NCBI GenBank assembly: GCA_002269645.1
Contig: NIVC01001430.1
Coordinates: 124,001 to 188,000 of the forward strand
Direction: 5' to 3'
Source of the DNA: Macrostomum lignano
Lineage: Eukaryota
Length of the DNA stretch: 64,000 nucleotides
Within the stretch, counting starts at the first letter, position 1. Each line of letters opens with the position of its first letter. The notes below the pieces were generated by a model. The model was not told where the DNA came from and ran no database searches. It saw nothing but the letters and a program-made list of their open reading frames with translations. Made by a program: the position numbers and the translations under genes. This document shows, piece by piece, positions 61,776 through 64,000 of this stretch.

Positions 61776-63400
61776 TGATGGATTAAAGCATGGTGCGACT
61801 CCACCCAGTTGCTACCCCAAATAAGGGCGGTGGCCACTGCCTCTTTCTTCTTTCACCCCTTCCTCTCCCTCACTGAAGTGGCGACTTGCAACAAAACAGG
61901 ATGAAAACTGAAATGCATTTTTTCACAAAAAACCTGACGAATTGATTTTTTCTATCTTCTATCTTCTTCTATCTATACTCAACATTTTTACCATCCCTGT
62001 GTAAGCAATGTAATCAATTACCATTATCAATGTCAAGTATACATATTTGAAAATATGTAGCCTACTTAGCTAATAATCTGTAATTGATCAGTAATATATT
62101 GGGTGTTATTTATTTTGACTGACTGATTCTGTACCCAGATAGTATATCATTCAATTACATATCTGAGTTTTTTAATTAAAAAGACAGGTGCCCTATCGGC
62201 ACAAAACTGAAAAGGTCAAAGTGTTATTTTTCTAAGTCAATTTACTAATATGCATAAATATAAATTTATATATTATTAATTTTAAGTATAGGTGGAAGTT
62301 AAAGTTTAAAGTATGTATACAGAGATTTAACATTATAAACTTTACAAAGCTATAAAGCTATAAAGCCAATCTAAGCCAATATTACAATAATAAATGACCT
62401 TTTTGGTTAATAATTTTGTTGATTATTTATCTTTCTTACTAAATATAGCAGAAAACCAATACTCATAAACATTTGTTTAAATGCCTTATTATGCACTTGA
62501 AAATTAGAAAGCATTAAATTTATGCTTAAAAATGAACTCTTTCAATTTTTTGCCACTTAATACTAAACTCTTTTATATGATTCTATGAAGTGCATAATAA
62601 TAAATATGCACACCATTTTCTTAGGAGTCATCCATACTAACTGTACAGTCTGTACAGGCTTCAAAGCCAATGCATACCCAATTTTTTTAGGCATATACTA
62701 CATGATCTAGAGTATAGAGATTAGGTTATAATTTTTACTTGATAAGTAGGCCTATCTCAGCTGCAGATATTACTAGGCATATTGACGATAAATGAATCCT
62801 AGACAATTGTGCTCCCAGTAGTTATAATCCTAGGATATAGGCCTAATCAAAATCTTAGGATTCTAGGAGGGAACTTTTACTTCATAGATAGTCATTTTGG
62901 TATCATCTATTTTGGTAATAGGTTACTTTGGTGACAAAGTGTATAGAGTGCTGGGGATTTGTTTAAAGTTTTTATTTGTTTTTTTAAAGTTATTATTAAA
63001 TAATTAATTAATTTTTTATTATTGTTCATTGTCATTCTTTTTGAAATACTACTTTGTCATAATAGGCCTATTATAAAAATTATGAAATTTTGTTATAATT
63101 CAATGTTGCTAAGCAACTAATTTCAAAACATATGCTTTTGTCTATATTCTCTAAATGAGTCAATAGTAAAATACTTGTTTTAGATTGTACACTCGCCCTA
63201 TCACCTACACCCTAATCATGTATATGATTTATTGATTGCTTAGTGCTCTACTTGATTAAAAGTAAATATTTATATTGCCATAAACAGCATTAACAAATAT
63301 AAAAGTTTTAGCTCTCTTTATTTGGTTTGCACATTTATTACAATTTAGAAGTTGTAGGAAAATAAATGTCAATAAAAACATAAAAAATAAACTTTGTTTA

Positions 63401-63450
63401 ATTCTAGCCAACGCATTTCGTCAAACACAAGACGTCGTCAGGGCAAATTC
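63401..63450 (-). ncRNA. Minimal type I hammerhead ribozyme motif (Penelope-like-element type)
   Basis: Minus strand: GCC-CUGACGA-c-GUC-uuguguuu-GAC-GAAA-UGCG-UU|GGC. Catalytic core boxes, 3-bp stem II, short self-complementary stem III, GUU cleavage triplet, GCC/GGC stem I. Confidence 0.7.
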
Positions 63451-63479
63451 AATCAACCTAGGTTGAATTGAATCAATTT

Positions 63480-63720
63480 GCTTATCTCCATGGCAGCTTA
63501 TTAAAATAGCTGCAACCATTTAAGTTTACAGGCCATGTCAATAGTTACAATTTTACCCACATGGATCCATGTCAATAATTTCCAACTTATCCCCATAGTA
63601 GCTTATTGAAATAGATGCCACCATTCAAGTCTATAGGCCATATTAATAATTTAAATTTTATTTACACAGATCCATGTTGATAGTTTTAAGCTTATCCCCA
63701 TGGCAGCTTATTGGAATAGA
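63480..63720. repeat. Degenerate 105-bp tandem repeat (~2.3 copies)
   Basis: CTTATC(T/C)CCAT(G/A)G(C/T)AGCTTATT recurs near 63481, 63586 and 63691. Confidence 0.65.
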
Positions 63721-64000
63721 GAACCTTAGAATGAATTTGTTCAAAAACAGTCTTTGTTTTCACTGTTTTACAAATCTCCCAAATAAACTACTGAAAACTG
63801 AATAGTATTGAGTACTTTATTAAAACTTTTGTCATTAAAGGGTTAATTTTAAATATTTGCTTAGCTGCTGGCTTAACTTAGAATGACCAAATGACCCTAA
63901 GATTAAGGTGAATAAGACTTGCAAAATTCAAAATTCAAAATGTAATAATAATAATAATAATACTAATTACTAATAATAATGTCAATGACAATATCAATTT

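Noticed and set aside
61935-61960. Second CTGACGA box as a partner hammerhead
   Set aside because: No stem II or GAAA box follows it.

Overview
Eukaryotic (metazoan) genomic DNA. The minisatellite-packed introns suggest a flatworm such as Macrostomum lignano; this is an inference and the organism cannot be proven from the window. Five protein-coding genes can be rebuilt by hand with GT-AG introns in consistent phase. (1) An amidated-neuropeptide precursor (minus, 10045-10404). (2) A calumenin/reticulocalbin EF-hand protein (plus, 3 exons). (3) An APPL BAR-PH-PTB endosomal adaptor (plus, 13 exons including a 9/33-nt microexon). (4) An orphan type I membrane mucin-like protein (plus, 2 exons). 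(5) A 340-aa G-protein beta subunit (minus, 7 exons). Nearly all long ORFs in the supplied track are read-through of about 30 different micro- and minisatellites. Main observations worth follow-up: a minimal type I hammerhead ribozyme of the Penelope-element type (about 63.4 kb, minus); an 18-copy GTCACGTGAC(TCA) CLEAR/E-box plus AP-1 minisatellite just 3' of APPL; an APPL intron bounded by a 9-bp direct repeat and filled with a minisatellite resembling the exon junction; a 3.8-kb near-perfect palindrome in APPL intron 1; a duplicated splice acceptor leading to a stop codon in G-beta intron 3; and F-x-P-L-R-amide peptides resembling natalisin/tachykinin. No prokaryotic features, CRISPR arrays, tRNA or rRNA were found.
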